IMG/VR virus record: IMGVR_UViG_3300005758_000578
Location: 32,001 to 96,000 of that record
Reading direction: 5' to 3' (one strand)
DNA from: a virus
Length of the DNA stretch: 64,000 nucleotides
The position numbers and the translations under genes are program-made. Below, piece by piece: positions 28,856-39,231 of the stretch (position 1 is its first letter; each line of letters opens with the position of its first letter). Below the pieces are notes generated by a model. It had not been told where the DNA came from. It saw nothing but the letters and a program-made list of their open reading frames with translations, and made no database searches.

Positions 28856-31423
28856 TTATTCAGTAATCTGATCAAACCTGCTAAGGAGATTGTTAAAGTA
28901 TATAGAATTCATGTTATCCTGAATAAATGGATCAATTCTTCCAGTAGATGAATTATATGCTGTTCCTGATGCAGAAATGCTACCATCATTATTCTGAGTA
29001 AATGTAATATCAATATTACTATTAGGATTTTTATATCTATAAGAACCAGTATTATTTAAAATCAATTGTCTATCAGATGTCTCTAATCTAGTAGCAATAG
29101 GATTTGTAACAATCTCTCTTGGAATAACTGCTGTAATACCTCTAGCAATAATATTATTATATTGAGCTTCACTAATAAGACCGGATTCTTTTAAAGCTTT
29201 TAACTCTTTGTCATTAGAAGAAGGTCTTACAGTTAATGAATGATAATTATTATTACCTAAAGCTCTTCCAGCATAATCATATGCAATAGCTGTTTTATCA
29301 ACAGCCATCTTAGAACGTAAATTATTAAAGTAAGCTTTTAATTCAGGTATTGATTCCATATCTGCAAATACACCTTGGCTTTGCGCTGTAACATCAGCAG
29401 CATTACCAACACCTACTTTAACTACTGGATTATTTACATCATTCATTACACCAATAAATCCAATTGTAGTTGGTGACATAAACTTCTTAGGATCAGCAAC
29501 ACCAGTTACATAGTTAGAGATATACTGACCATCTCCTCCTGCACCTACAGGTTTATACCCAGCTTTATTTTGAGCTAGATTTACATAATTAGCTTTATAC
29601 TCTTCAGAAACATCTGCATAGTTTTCAGCAAAAGTTTCAAATGACATAGAATAACCAGAATTAGCTAATGCTTTATATGCAGAATTAACATCTCTTAATG
29701 ATCCATCTTTAGTAAACATAGCTCCTAAAATATTTGGATTATATTCATTGCTAGCAATCATATTACTAACTACTACTTTATTATTACTTGCTACTACTGC
29801 AGAATTAGAATAAGCTAATTGTTTCCTATCATTTGCAGCAATTAATAAAGGCGCCATCTTTTTACTTAAATTAGGATCAGCAGATAGCATATTCTCTATT
29901 CTTTCCTGAATTTTATTAAGTCCAGTTAAACCAATCTTACCTTGTTTAAGAGCAGTCATGGTAAATCCAGCACCTGATACAGCAGATTCAATTGCACTTT
30001 GTAATTCAGGATCATTAGTATTATAGATACTTTGAGCTAATGCAGAAACACTTCCAGCATATTGCTTCCAACTAGTATTAAATTCTTGTCTATCTGCAGC
30101 AAGAGGATCACCAGAAACACCAGCTTGATAACTTGTAGAACCTGCCATAAACTGATCTTGTCCACCAGCTTGAAAAAGCATTTTCTCTCTTTCAAAATCT
30201 TGTCTGATTTTTTCTTTTTTTGTCCAAGTAGAAAATTCTAAACTATTTTTGAATGCCTCAAGTCTATAAGGATCAGCCTCTCTTTTAACAGAGTAATTTT
30301 TATATGCTTCTGTTTCAGAAGCTCTAGCTAATTCATCAGAAATAAAACTTGTAGCTTTAGAAGCCTGAAAAGCTCTGCCTAATAAATCTATATCTTGTGT
30401 TTCAATGGCACTATTAATCTGTTTAATTCTATCTTCTAAATTAGTAAGTATTTGATCACCAGTAGCTTTTTCTTTTGCTAATGTTTGATATTGTGCTTGT
30501 TCTTTTGGTGAAAGTTTATCTCCCCTGTTTATTCTAGACTCATATACACTTAGTTTACTAGAGGTTGTAGATACACTTTCTCTAATATCCTCTAATCTAG
30601 ACATATCATTTTCTAAAGCTACATCAGCATTATTAATATAATATTCTTGTTTAGCAGCATTGATATCACCATTATACTTTTGATTTGCTAAAGTGGTAAT
30701 ATCATTCATAGATCTAACATAAGCATCTTCTTGAGCATAAGCTCTAACATTAGGATCATTTCCTAATGCCATACTTAAATATTGTCTAATTACATTTATA
30801 GATTTTGGACCACCGGTAGTAGTAATATTATAACCACCTTTTAACTCTTCAACTGATATGTTTTTAAAATCATCACCGATTAACTCATGAGCCATCTTTG
30901 CAATGTTCACAGCTGGCACATATTTAGGTAAAGGCATTTTGTATGCCTTATCTGCAGATGACATTTTAAATTCCATCTGTCTATACTGTAGACCTTGTAC
31001 TCCTACTGGAGACCATTTAGCTTGTGTTTCAGGATCATTAGCAGTTCTATAAGCTTCTGCTTCACGTTGACCTTGCCTAACACCTTTAGTAAACATGATG
31101 TCATACTGCATCTTTTTATCATCTACAAAAGGTTGAAATACTTGCTGAGCTAATTGTACATTAGCGGGATCAGAGAGATCTAAAGATGTAATTTGCTGAA
31201 TAGCTTTTTCAGAGTTCTTCAGAAAGTTATCTCTAGCAATTCTATTATCATCTCTTGTAAGATCAGCATATACAATACTACCGTATGCGCCACTTAATTG
31301 ATTAAGTGCGCTATCATACCTAGCCTGTCTTGTTGCTAAAACCGTATTAAGAAAATCAAAATTGGGTTTGTAAGGTTCAGCCTTTGGTATATAATCGGTA
31401 AGACCTTGAATGTAACTAGCCAT
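28856..31423 (-). CDS. Cargo/ejection protein (855 aa)
   Basis: PYKPNFDFLNTVLATRQARYD N-terminus, helical, no Cys seen; syntenic with crAss cargo genes. Confidence 0.7.
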   Translation of the reverse strand: MASYIQGLTDYIPKAEPYKPNFDFLNTVLATRQARYDSALNQLSGAYGSIVYADLTRDDNRIARDNFLKNSEKAIQQITSLDLSDPANVQLAQQVFQPFVDDKKMQYDIMFTKGVRQGQREAEAYRTANDPETQAKWSPVGVQGLQYRQMEFKMSSADKAYKMPLPKYVPAVNIAKMAHELIGDDFKNISVEELKGGYNITTTGGPKSINVIRQYLSMALGNDPNVRAYAQEDAYVRSMNDITTLANQKYNGDINAAKQEYYINNADVALENDMSRLEDIRESVSTTSSKLSVYESRINRGDKLSPKEQAQYQTLAKEKATGDQILTNLEDRIKQINSAIETQDIDLLGRAFQASKATSFISDELARASETEAYKNYSVKREADPYRLEAFKNSLEFSTWTKKEKIRQDFEREKMLFQAGGQDQFMAGSTSYQAGVSGDPLAADRQEFNTSWKQYAGSVSALAQSIYNTNDPELQSAIESAVSGAGFTMTALKQGKIGLTGLNKIQERIENMLSADPNLSKKMAPLLIAANDRKQLAYSNSAVVASNNKVVVSNMIASNEYNPNILGAMFTKDGSLRDVNSAYKALANSGYSMSFETFAENYADVSEEYKANYVNLAQNKAGYKPVGAGGDGQYISNYVTGVADPKKFMSPTTIGFIGVMNDVNNPVVKVGVGNAADVTAQSQGVFADMESIPELKAYFNNLRSKMAVDKTAIAYDYAGRALGNNNYHSLTVRPSSNDKELKALKESGLISEAQYNNIIARGITAVIPREIVTNPIATRLETSDRQLILNNTGSYRYKNPNSNIDITFTQNNDGSISASGTAYNSSTGRIDPFIQDNMNSIYFNNLLSRFDQITE

Positions 31424-31433
31424 TATCTATATT

Positions 31434-31451
31434 ATAAATATAACAAATATA
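31434..31451 (-). promoter_or_regulatory. Possible promoter(s) for the distal cargo genes
   Basis: TATATTTG (31444-31451) and a late-motif variant TATATTTAT (31434-31442) in a 54-nt gap. Confidence 0.4.
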
Positions 31452-31477
31452 AAGTTAAACTATTAAACCTTTAAGAT

Positions 31478-34400
31478 TTAAGCAGTCTTATTCCTTCTTT
31501 TAGACATACCAGCTTGAGCAGCTGCAATATTACCACGCTCATCTACATTTACATCACCCATAATACCTTTAAGCAAAGCAGCTTGTACTGAAGGATCTGT
31601 AAAATCAAATGGTATACCAGTTGATTCTAAATAAGCCATCATATCATTACCTCTTTGTGCTGGGGTAATCTGTCTACCAGGTGTATAATAAGTTTTAAGA
31701 TAAGCAGGATCAACAAAGAAATTAGGATATAGACTATTCATTTGATCAGTCATAAATCTATTATCTAATGCAGCATTTGCATAATCTACAACTTGTCTTC
31801 TACCAGCTCTTCTAGCATTATCATATTGCTGATTAGTAGTAACTGTCTTATCATAGAAGTCATTAGCGGCTAATTGATTTCTAAAGTTAGCTTCATTAAT
31901 CAATTGCTTATTGGCTTGTTCAAACTGATTAGCTACACCAACGTTTAAGTTATTATATCTACCCAAGATATTAGCTGCATTAGCTAAACCTTTACCTTGT
32001 ACATCAGAGAATCTAGCATTAAATGATTGCGGTCCGGTAAACTGTGCTAAATTACTAGCAGCAATATTAGCCATCTCAGCATTAGCGGCCAACTCTCTAT
32101 TAGGATCATAGAATGTAGGCTTCATAGGCTCTGCGGTAAACTGTGCCATTCTAGGAAAGTATCTATTAATACTAGCTAAGTCACCAACAGCAGCTGCAGT
32201 ATTTAATACATCTTGAGGATAGAAACCAATTGGTCTTCTTTTAGCTGGTGGTGGAGGAATTAATTCTCCTGGAGGAATCTCTTCTCTTGGAGTTTCTGGT
32301 GGTGGTGGAATTTTATCAATAGTAATAGTTGGACGAGACCATGTATAATGACCAAACATTTTATCTAATCTATTGGGATCTTTTGAATTAGGATCAAAAC
32401 CAAATTCTAATACATTCTTCTTAGCTTCTTCTTCACTTAAACCAGCTTTAATAGATTGATCATAAATATCATTGTTATACCAGTTTTGGAAAATTTCATT
32501 GTCAGCTTGATTTTTAGGATTAAAATTAGGATAGAATTTTAAAAATCTTGCTTGTCTTCTAGTAAAGTCATCTTTGTTTTCACCAGCATACCAGTCTTCA
32601 GTACCAAATGTTCCACTACCTTCTCTTCCACCTTGACGACCTGGAGTCATACTCCATTCTTTACCTTCATATCTTTTAGGTACAGTAAGTTTAATACCAG
32701 CTTTTTCTAACTCAGAAAGTCTAGCAGGATTAATAGTTCTATAGTTAGGTTCAATAGTTTTAGAACCTAATTCTTTACCTGATGCATCTACAATACTTAC
32801 AGTATTACCTTTAGTAATTCTTTTACCTTTACTACCATCTGGTAATGTAACTACTTCTACATATTCTTTCTCTCCAGTTACTTGACCTGCTGTTTGGTAT
32901 TGTTCTAATTCTCCACCATATTCTTTTTGATCAAGCATGCTATTAATTTTTTCATTAAGCAAATCATCAATTGTTAATGGTGTAGTTTGTGTTTGTGGTT
33001 TAGCTACATTAACAGGTTTTGGAGTTTGAGTAATAGGTTTAGCTTTTTGTGTTACTGGAGCAGCTTGTTTAACTGGTGCTGCAGGAACTGTATCCACTTG
33101 TTGTTTAGCAAATGGTTGATTAATAGAATTTAAAAATTCTTGTCTTCCTTTATCTACTCTTTGAATATAAGAAGGAATACCACTAGATTTAATAACTAAA
33201 TCAATTGCAGCTTCTGGATTATTAAATGTATAATCCTGAAATCTTTGAGGAGACATGTTAACCGCAGATACACTATATGGTGCAGCTTGCATATTGGCTG
33301 TAGGTTTAACTTGCCATCTACCATCTTTAAATTCAATATCTTCTGCTGTATATGGTTTTGTTCTATTAACACGAACATTAGCACCAGTTTGAGCTTTAGG
33401 AATACCACCATATCTAGCCATCATCATACCTTCTTCAGGAGATGGTGGTAAGAACTGTGCAGGATCTAATCCTACTTTATCCATATAAGGAACAGCAATC
33501 TGTGGAATACCTTGTGGGAATCCTTTTTGAGATTCTTGTACAAGAGCTAACTTACCTAAGTTAGAGATATAGTTATCAGCCATCATAACAGATGTAGCTT
33601 TACGTAAAAGATCATTTTCAGAATATAAACCCTCACGTAATTCTTTATTGTTAAGATCAAACTTCTTAGAAATTTGAGCAGGAGTGTAGCCACCTTTCTT
33701 AGCAGCAAAGCCAAAAGATTCTAAGATAGCCGGATCTTTAATCTTCATAGCTTTTGTATCTGAGTAAATAAAACTATCTGGTGTAGCTTTTTCTCCAGAT
33801 AATGGAGTACCACCTTGAGAGTGACGTTTACCACCAATAGTAAAGAACTCAGGAATTGTACTATCAGTACCCTTACGTACTAAAGTTTCTCCCTTCTCTG
33901 CTTCCAATACAGAAATAGATCTAGGATCCGGTCCTAATGTCTGACCATATTGTTCTTGTGGTTCACCTTTAGTTGCACCATTAAACATGTTCATCATATA
34001 AGCCGAGTTACCATATAACTGATTAACAGCTTTAGCATCTTGAGTACCACCATATCCAGCTTGTGGTAAACTTGTAATTTTTACTTTTCTTTTCATTTCT
34101 CCACCCATCTGGGCAATTTTATTGTAACCTTCAATTATAGCTTCATCAGGTCTAAAGTCTAAACCAAAACCAGGAGTATTTACTAAATAGTCTCCTCTAT
34201 TACCAGAATAATCTTCAGGTCTTACATTATATAAGTTATCAGATAAAAGCTGATTTCTGAAATCTTGTTTAACATTTCTATCTTGAAGTTTTCTAGAAAC
34301 AGATTTAAATATATCTGTACCGGCTAATAACATTGGTCCTATATAAGGATTAGCATTATTAGAATTATTAGTGTTAGTAGCCTTTAATGATTTACCTGGT

Positions 34401-34816
34401 ATTTGATAATCCCAAGATTGATAAGCTGTTGGTTTCCAATCACTTGGCATTTCTAATGGTACACCTGTTGATAATGCTGGAGTTAAATTATTTTGTCCTT
34501 GATAAACATCAGCTGGCAAAAAATTAGCAAATGATGTACCTCTTATATTAGAGGTGTTTTCATTTATTTTATTTCCTACATTAAAAGATCCTGTAGTATT
34601 AGGATCTCCTTGATATACATCTGCATAAAATGAAGGACTAGTATTTAAATTAAATGTAGGCATTCCCACATTAAAATTACCAGTAAACTGTGGTACATTA
34701 CCATAAGGATTTTGCTGACCATAGTACTTAAGTCTTTGATCTGGTGTTAAAACCATAGATGCTTCTGTACCAACTTGAGCTTTTGGTAAGCTCTTAATTT
34801 TTACTTTCTTCTTCAT
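31478..34816 (-). CDS. Modular cargo protein with xxxGG motifs
   Basis: 1112 aa; EAEKGE...GGKRHSQGGTPL...FIYSD module, Pro-rich linker, Gln/Asn/Ala-rich C-terminal helix; AQMGG, AGYGG, ARYGG, KEYGG. Confidence 0.7.
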   Translation of the reverse strand: MKKKVKIKSLPKAQVGTEASMVLTPDQRLKYYGQQNPYGNVPQFTGNFNVGMPTFNLNTSPSFYADVYQGDPNTTGSFNVGNKINENTSNIRGTSFANFLPADVYQGQNNLTPALSTGVPLEMPSDWKPTAYQSWDYQIPGKSLKATNTNNSNNANPYIGPMLLAGTDIFKSVSRKLQDRNVKQDFRNQLLSDNLYNVRPEDYSGNRGDYLVNTPGFGLDFRPDEAIIEGYNKIAQMGGEMKRKVKITSLPQAGYGGTQDAKAVNQLYGNSAYMMNMFNGATKGEPQEQYGQTLGPDPRSISVLEAEKGETLVRKGTDSTIPEFFTIGGKRHSQGGTPLSGEKATPDSFIYSDTKAMKIKDPAILESFGFAAKKGGYTPAQISKKFDLNNKELREGLYSENDLLRKATSVMMADNYISNLGKLALVQESQKGFPQGIPQIAVPYMDKVGLDPAQFLPPSPEEGMMMARYGGIPKAQTGANVRVNRTKPYTAEDIEFKDGRWQVKPTANMQAAPYSVSAVNMSPQRFQDYTFNNPEAAIDLVIKSSGIPSYIQRVDKGRQEFLNSINQPFAKQQVDTVPAAPVKQAAPVTQKAKPITQTPKPVNVAKPQTQTTPLTIDDLLNEKINSMLDQKEYGGELEQYQTAGQVTGEKEYVEVVTLPDGSKGKRITKGNTVSIVDASGKELGSKTIEPNYRTINPARLSELEKAGIKLTVPKRYEGKEWSMTPGRQGGREGSGTFGTEDWYAGENKDDFTRRQARFLKFYPNFNPKNQADNEIFQNWYNNDIYDQSIKAGLSEEEAKKNVLEFGFDPNSKDPNRLDKMFGHYTWSRPTITIDKIPPPPETPREEIPPGELIPPPPAKRRPIGFYPQDVLNTAAAVGDLASINRYFPRMAQFTAEPMKPTFYDPNRELAANAEMANIAASNLAQFTGPQSFNARFSDVQGKGLANAANILGRYNNLNVGVANQFEQANKQLINEANFRNQLAANDFYDKTVTTNQQYDNARRAGRRQVVDYANAALDNRFMTDQMNSLYPNFFVDPAYLKTYYTPGRQITPAQRGNDMMAYLESTGIPFDFTDPSVQAALLKGIMGDVNVDERGNIAAAQAGMSKRRNKTA

Positions 34817-34820
34817 TGCA

Positions 34821-37079
34821 TTAATCTAAATACTCAATACCATACCCCTGATCAATTAATGCTTGAATTTCATCGGGATGTAATTCTAATTCAGCACCTT
34901 CAGTCATACCACCAAATTGTTTTTTCCATTTAGCAGCGTTTCTAGCAAAGTTAGCTCTTTTTACTTGTGTTGCACTATAGTCCTCTTTATTTGCAAGTAC
35001 GTGTCTAGCAAACTCTTGCACACCCATGCCGGCTCTATTAGCTGACTCTGTAAACTTACCTTTATTAGCAGGATTGATATGAATACCACCATTCTTCATT
35101 TGATCAGTTTGTGCTTCTTGAATAGCCTGCATAATCTTTTGAATAGCTTCTTGCTGTTGTATAGGAGGTAAAGATTGTAATTGTGCCATAAGTTGTTGAG
35201 GATCAGTTTGAGTCATTTGTGCATACATTTGAATAGCTTGCATAATTTCATCCTGTTGACCACCTTGTTGATACGTATTACCACCTTTCATCATCTGGTA
35301 CATGGCATCCATATCCATTTCACCACCATACATATCAGTGTCACCACCATACATCTTTCTACTATTTCTATAAATCTGACGTAATTCTTTAGCATCAGGA
35401 TCATTACCAGTACCAAGTCTAGGATCATTAGAGTTTCTATAAATATCTAATCCCTCTCTTTCTTGTTTGTTTCTGATTTCATTACCAATCATAAATCCTA
35501 CAGTGCCTAATCCAGCAACTGCAGTAGCTATTGCATCATTACGCTTCTTTTTCTTAGCGGCTTTAGCGGCAGCTTCTGCAGCGGCTTTTTGTTCTTCAGT
35601 TAATGGAGCTCCACCATCCTGGAATGATTTCTTATATGGTTCTTTAAATACAGGATTACCCAAAGGTTTACCAGTTCTTGGATCTACACTTTCTGTAAAA
35701 GTCTTCCCAGTTGGCATTTTTGGATTAGCTGTATTAAATATCATACGCCCGGTTTGATCTGTATAAGTAGGAGGATTAGTATTTATAAAGTATTCATATA
35801 ACTGATCACGTGATGGCATATCACGTTTCTGTACTCCAGCTTGGTTTAACTGCTGCACTTGTTGATTATAATACTGTTCAAATCTAGGATCTTCTACTGG
35901 CTGACCACCATCTTGCATAAAAGGATAAGTCATACCACCGTATGCCATATTAGATAAGATCTTAGCTTGTACATAATCTGGCAATGCTTGGAATCCAGCA
36001 TTAGTTGGTTCACCACCATTAGCCCAAGTACCAAAACGCTTGTGCCAGTATAAAGGAGAGAATGGATCTTTAGCTTTAGCTGAATTCTTACCACCCATTC
36101 TATTCCAGAAATTATCCTTACGCTTCTCAGAATGATGTTGGCTAAAATCTTTCATACCGGTATAGCCACCATGTACAATTTTATACTTATCACCTTTCTT
36201 AGCTAGTACCATCCACTTCTTACCAGCTCTATCAGATTTTCTCTTAACTCCTACTTTAGTAAAACCTCTACTCTTATAACGCTGAGGAATACCACCCATC
36301 TTCATCTCTTCCATTTCACCCATGCTCATATCAATATCTTCCTCTTCTTCCTCTTCCTCACCTTCATTATATTGCATATAATCAGCAACAGTATTTAAAT
36401 AATCATCTGCTAATGTAATCTTACTAGCTACCCAGGGATCAATCTCTGTATTACCGTTGATGAAGTTTTGTAATCTAGATAGTTTATCATGCATTGCCAT
36501 AATCTGACCAGCTGCCATTTCACCACCTTCATCATACTGAGTATCACGCATCATAATACCGGCACCACCCATTTGCATAGCTGGCATACCCATAACATTC
36601 ATAGCTAATTTTGCCATCTGCATTTTATCTCCGCTATCTCCCTCAGCATTATTCATAGCAGTACTAGCAGCCATTGCACCATTAAGTACAAAATCACCAA
36701 TAGCATTCATAGGATTATTAGCTCTATCCTCATTCATCTTTTGATAATAAGAAACCATATTACCATTATAGTTAGGATATTGGAAAATCTCTTGGTCTTG
36801 TAATCCACCACCAGTTTGAGCTTTTCTATATCCACCACCACGACTCTTATAAGTTTTAACTAACCAGGCAGAACCATATGCACTAGGCCATCTATCAAAT
36901 TTAGATTTAGCTTCAGCTTTAACACGAGAATATAATTCAGGATTAGTGGGTACATTACCACCTTTCTTCATCTGTCTAGCTTCAGGATAGGCTTGAAAGA
37001 ATGCTTCTTCTGTAGGAAACATAGAATAGAATTCCTTCTCAGATTTAACACCAGCTATCTTTAAAAATTTATCTTTCAT
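34821..37079 (-). CDS. Polyprotein-like internal virion protein with 15 xxxGG motifs
   Basis: 752 aa of short basic, acidic and Met/Gln-rich modules delimited by MKKGG-like motifs. Confidence 0.7.
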   Translation of the reverse strand: MKDKFLKIAGVKSEKEFYSMFPTEEAFFQAYPEARQMKKGGNVPTNPELYSRVKAEAKSKFDRWPSAYGSAWLVKTYKSRGGGYRKAQTGGGLQDQEIFQYPNYNGNMVSYYQKMNEDRANNPMNAIGDFVLNGAMAASTAMNNAEGDSGDKMQMAKLAMNVMGMPAMQMGGAGIMMRDTQYDEGGEMAAGQIMAMHDKLSRLQNFINGNTEIDPWVASKITLADDYLNTVADYMQYNEGEEEEEEEDIDMSMGEMEEMKMGGIPQRYKSRGFTKVGVKRKSDRAGKKWMVLAKKGDKYKIVHGGYTGMKDFSQHHSEKRKDNFWNRMGGKNSAKAKDPFSPLYWHKRFGTWANGGEPTNAGFQALPDYVQAKILSNMAYGGMTYPFMQDGGQPVEDPRFEQYYNQQVQQLNQAGVQKRDMPSRDQLYEYFINTNPPTYTDQTGRMIFNTANPKMPTGKTFTESVDPRTGKPLGNPVFKEPYKKSFQDGGAPLTEEQKAAAEAAAKAAKKKKRNDAIATAVAGLGTVGFMIGNEIRNKQEREGLDIYRNSNDPRLGTGNDPDAKELRQIYRNSRKMYGGDTDMYGGEMDMDAMYQMMKGGNTYQQGGQQDEIMQAIQMYAQMTQTDPQQLMAQLQSLPPIQQQEAIQKIMQAIQEAQTDQMKNGGIHINPANKGKFTESANRAGMGVQEFARHVLANKEDYSATQVKRANFARNAAKWKKQFGGMTEGAELELHPDEIQALIDQGYGIEYLD

Positions 37080-37083
37080 TTTG

Positions 37084-39231
37084 TTATTTGTATTTTTTTA
37101 ACCAGTCTATTTGACCACCTTGTTTCTTTTGTTTAACATATATTGGTTTACCTGTTGCATCTTTTTTATAATAGAATCTATCATAAAACTCATATGGTTT
37201 TCTATTACTACCATATACAACTGCATCCATATATGGTAAGTTAAAATCATACTTATCATAAATAGATACATATCTTCCTCTTTCATCCTCACCTTGTGAT
37301 AATATAAATTTCTGTAAAGGATCTGTCTGAGTAAATGGTATTTCATTATCAGTAGTCATCATATCTTGATTAATGATATATGGACTTAATGCATCCATTT
37401 GAATAGTTTGTCCAGGTTTACCTTGAGATTTTTGTATATATGCATCAATAAGTTTTTGAGGATCATATACATTATTTAAAGCATAGTACTGGGCATTAGG
37501 ATCATTAGCTTTACTTGGTTTATATTTAGATGGACTAATATATTTTGGTTTAGTTGGTAATCCTAAAGCTAATCTCCAAGCTTCTTCACTAACATGATAA
37601 TCTCCTTGCCAATCTCTTAATGGTACATCTTTACCACTATTAACTACAGCACCAATAACATCAGGATAATCAATAGGACGATATCTATCAAATATTTGTT
37701 GTTTAGAAACATCACCAACTTTTTCTGCAACTTTAGTTGTGCCCTTATCAACTAATGCTTTTGCAACATGACCTCTTACTTCAGGAGTTAATGCCAACTT
37801 TAATAGATTAGTAAAAGATCCACCACTTTGATATTGTTCTAACCACCCTCCATACTTTGCAACATTAAGTTTAGGTTGTTCTATTTTAGAAACATTATTT
37901 AATAACCATAGAAGATCATCCTCATTATAAAGAGATTTTAAATCTTCATAATCTTGATGTATAATTGCATTATCATTATTAAAAATTTCAAACTTATTTA
38001 GATCTTTATATTTAATTTTATCATTAAATACATCAACTCCAAAATTTTGATTTAAAAGTTTTCTAGTTGAATTTAGTCTAGCTCTAACTTCAGTAGGATC
38101 AGAATAGTAATTAATAGCTCCTTCTTCAGGAGTATTACCATGATCTTGCCAAAAACCAATGCTCTCTACATTTGGATTTTTTCTTATTCTCTTACTGATC
38201 TCAGCTGTATCTTGTTCTGGAATAAGTCTATCCCAAGAAACATTAAGTATTGGTCTATCAACTGAATGAGATATTTCATGAGGAAAAACCTCGTTTTTAA
38301 AAAAATTTGGAGACGATGATGGATTAACTGTTATACTACCAGTTATATTTGAAGAATATCCTCCAATTCCTCTATTTATTTCCCCATTTGTTAATCTATT
38401 TAACTCAGTAGGAATAGTTAATAAATTATATGCTCTACCAACTTCAATTTGAGAATCTTCATCTTTACCTTGAAGCATATCTCTATATCTAGGAGATGAC
38501 ATATATTTTTTAGTCCAGTTATAAGCAGCTTCAAAATCGGAATTAGAAAAATTTCTATCTGCGGGTACTTCACTAAAATCTATCTTTTTACTAAATTCAT
38601 GGTCTCGTAAAGCATCTTCCATAGTATAATTACGTTCTCTCGTATTAGGTATAACAAAAGAATTAAAAAATCTATTTAAAGCACTTTTAGGTTTAATATG
38701 AACTTCAGATATTTTATCAGGATTTAAGAAAGTAGTTGTCTCAATCCCACCGTCTTGATACTGATCTAACCAAGTCTCACCACCATCTTCTCTACGCTTA
38801 TGATTATAGTCTATACGCTTACCAGATGTTTTCTCTCTTTTAAATTTAGCTTTCTCTGCAGATGACATCTCTGATGTAGTTTTAGGAGTTGTTTCATTTA
38901 CCCGCTTCTTAGGTCTGCATGCAGGATAAGGTCTAGAACCTTTTTCATCACCTGATCTACCACATGGTTTACCGGTCTTAACATCAGTCCACTCTTCAGC
39001 AAACCATTGTCTTAAACCACCTTTACCCATCTGTGGAATTTCAGTTACATAATTACCAGGAAAATTGTAATCCTTACCAGGCATCATCATTTGACTGTTA
39101 CCTAAATCATCTACACCTAATACTGGGTAATTTACCCCCTTCATTGTTATGTTAGAAGAGGGTATGATTGTAACTTCACCGGGATATGCCCACTGACCTA
39201 AAGGAGATACTATAGGTTTTTTCTTAGCCAT
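37084..39231 (-). CDS. Polyprotein-like protein with xxxGG motifs and a zincin module
   Basis: 715 aa; MGKGG, REDGG, YQDGG, AKYGG, YQSGG, KKQGG; HEISH (38266-38280) with YYSDPTEVRARL. Confidence 0.7.
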   Translation of the reverse strand: MAKKKPIVSPLGQWAYPGEVTIIPSSNITMKGVNYPVLGVDDLGNSQMMMPGKDYNFPGNYVTEIPQMGKGGLRQWFAEEWTDVKTGKPCGRSGDEKGSRPYPACRPKKRVNETTPKTTSEMSSAEKAKFKREKTSGKRIDYNHKRREDGGETWLDQYQDGGIETTTFLNPDKISEVHIKPKSALNRFFNSFVIPNTRERNYTMEDALRDHEFSKKIDFSEVPADRNFSNSDFEAAYNWTKKYMSSPRYRDMLQGKDEDSQIEVGRAYNLLTIPTELNRLTNGEINRGIGGYSSNITGSITVNPSSSPNFFKNEVFPHEISHSVDRPILNVSWDRLIPEQDTAEISKRIRKNPNVESIGFWQDHGNTPEEGAINYYSDPTEVRARLNSTRKLLNQNFGVDVFNDKIKYKDLNKFEIFNNDNAIIHQDYEDLKSLYNEDDLLWLLNNVSKIEQPKLNVAKYGGWLEQYQSGGSFTNLLKLALTPEVRGHVAKALVDKGTTKVAEKVGDVSKQQIFDRYRPIDYPDVIGAVVNSGKDVPLRDWQGDYHVSEEAWRLALGLPTKPKYISPSKYKPSKANDPNAQYYALNNVYDPQKLIDAYIQKSQGKPGQTIQMDALSPYIINQDMMTTDNEIPFTQTDPLQKFILSQGEDERGRYVSIYDKYDFNLPYMDAVVYGSNRKPYEFYDRFYYKKDATGKPIYVKQKKQGGQIDWLKKYK

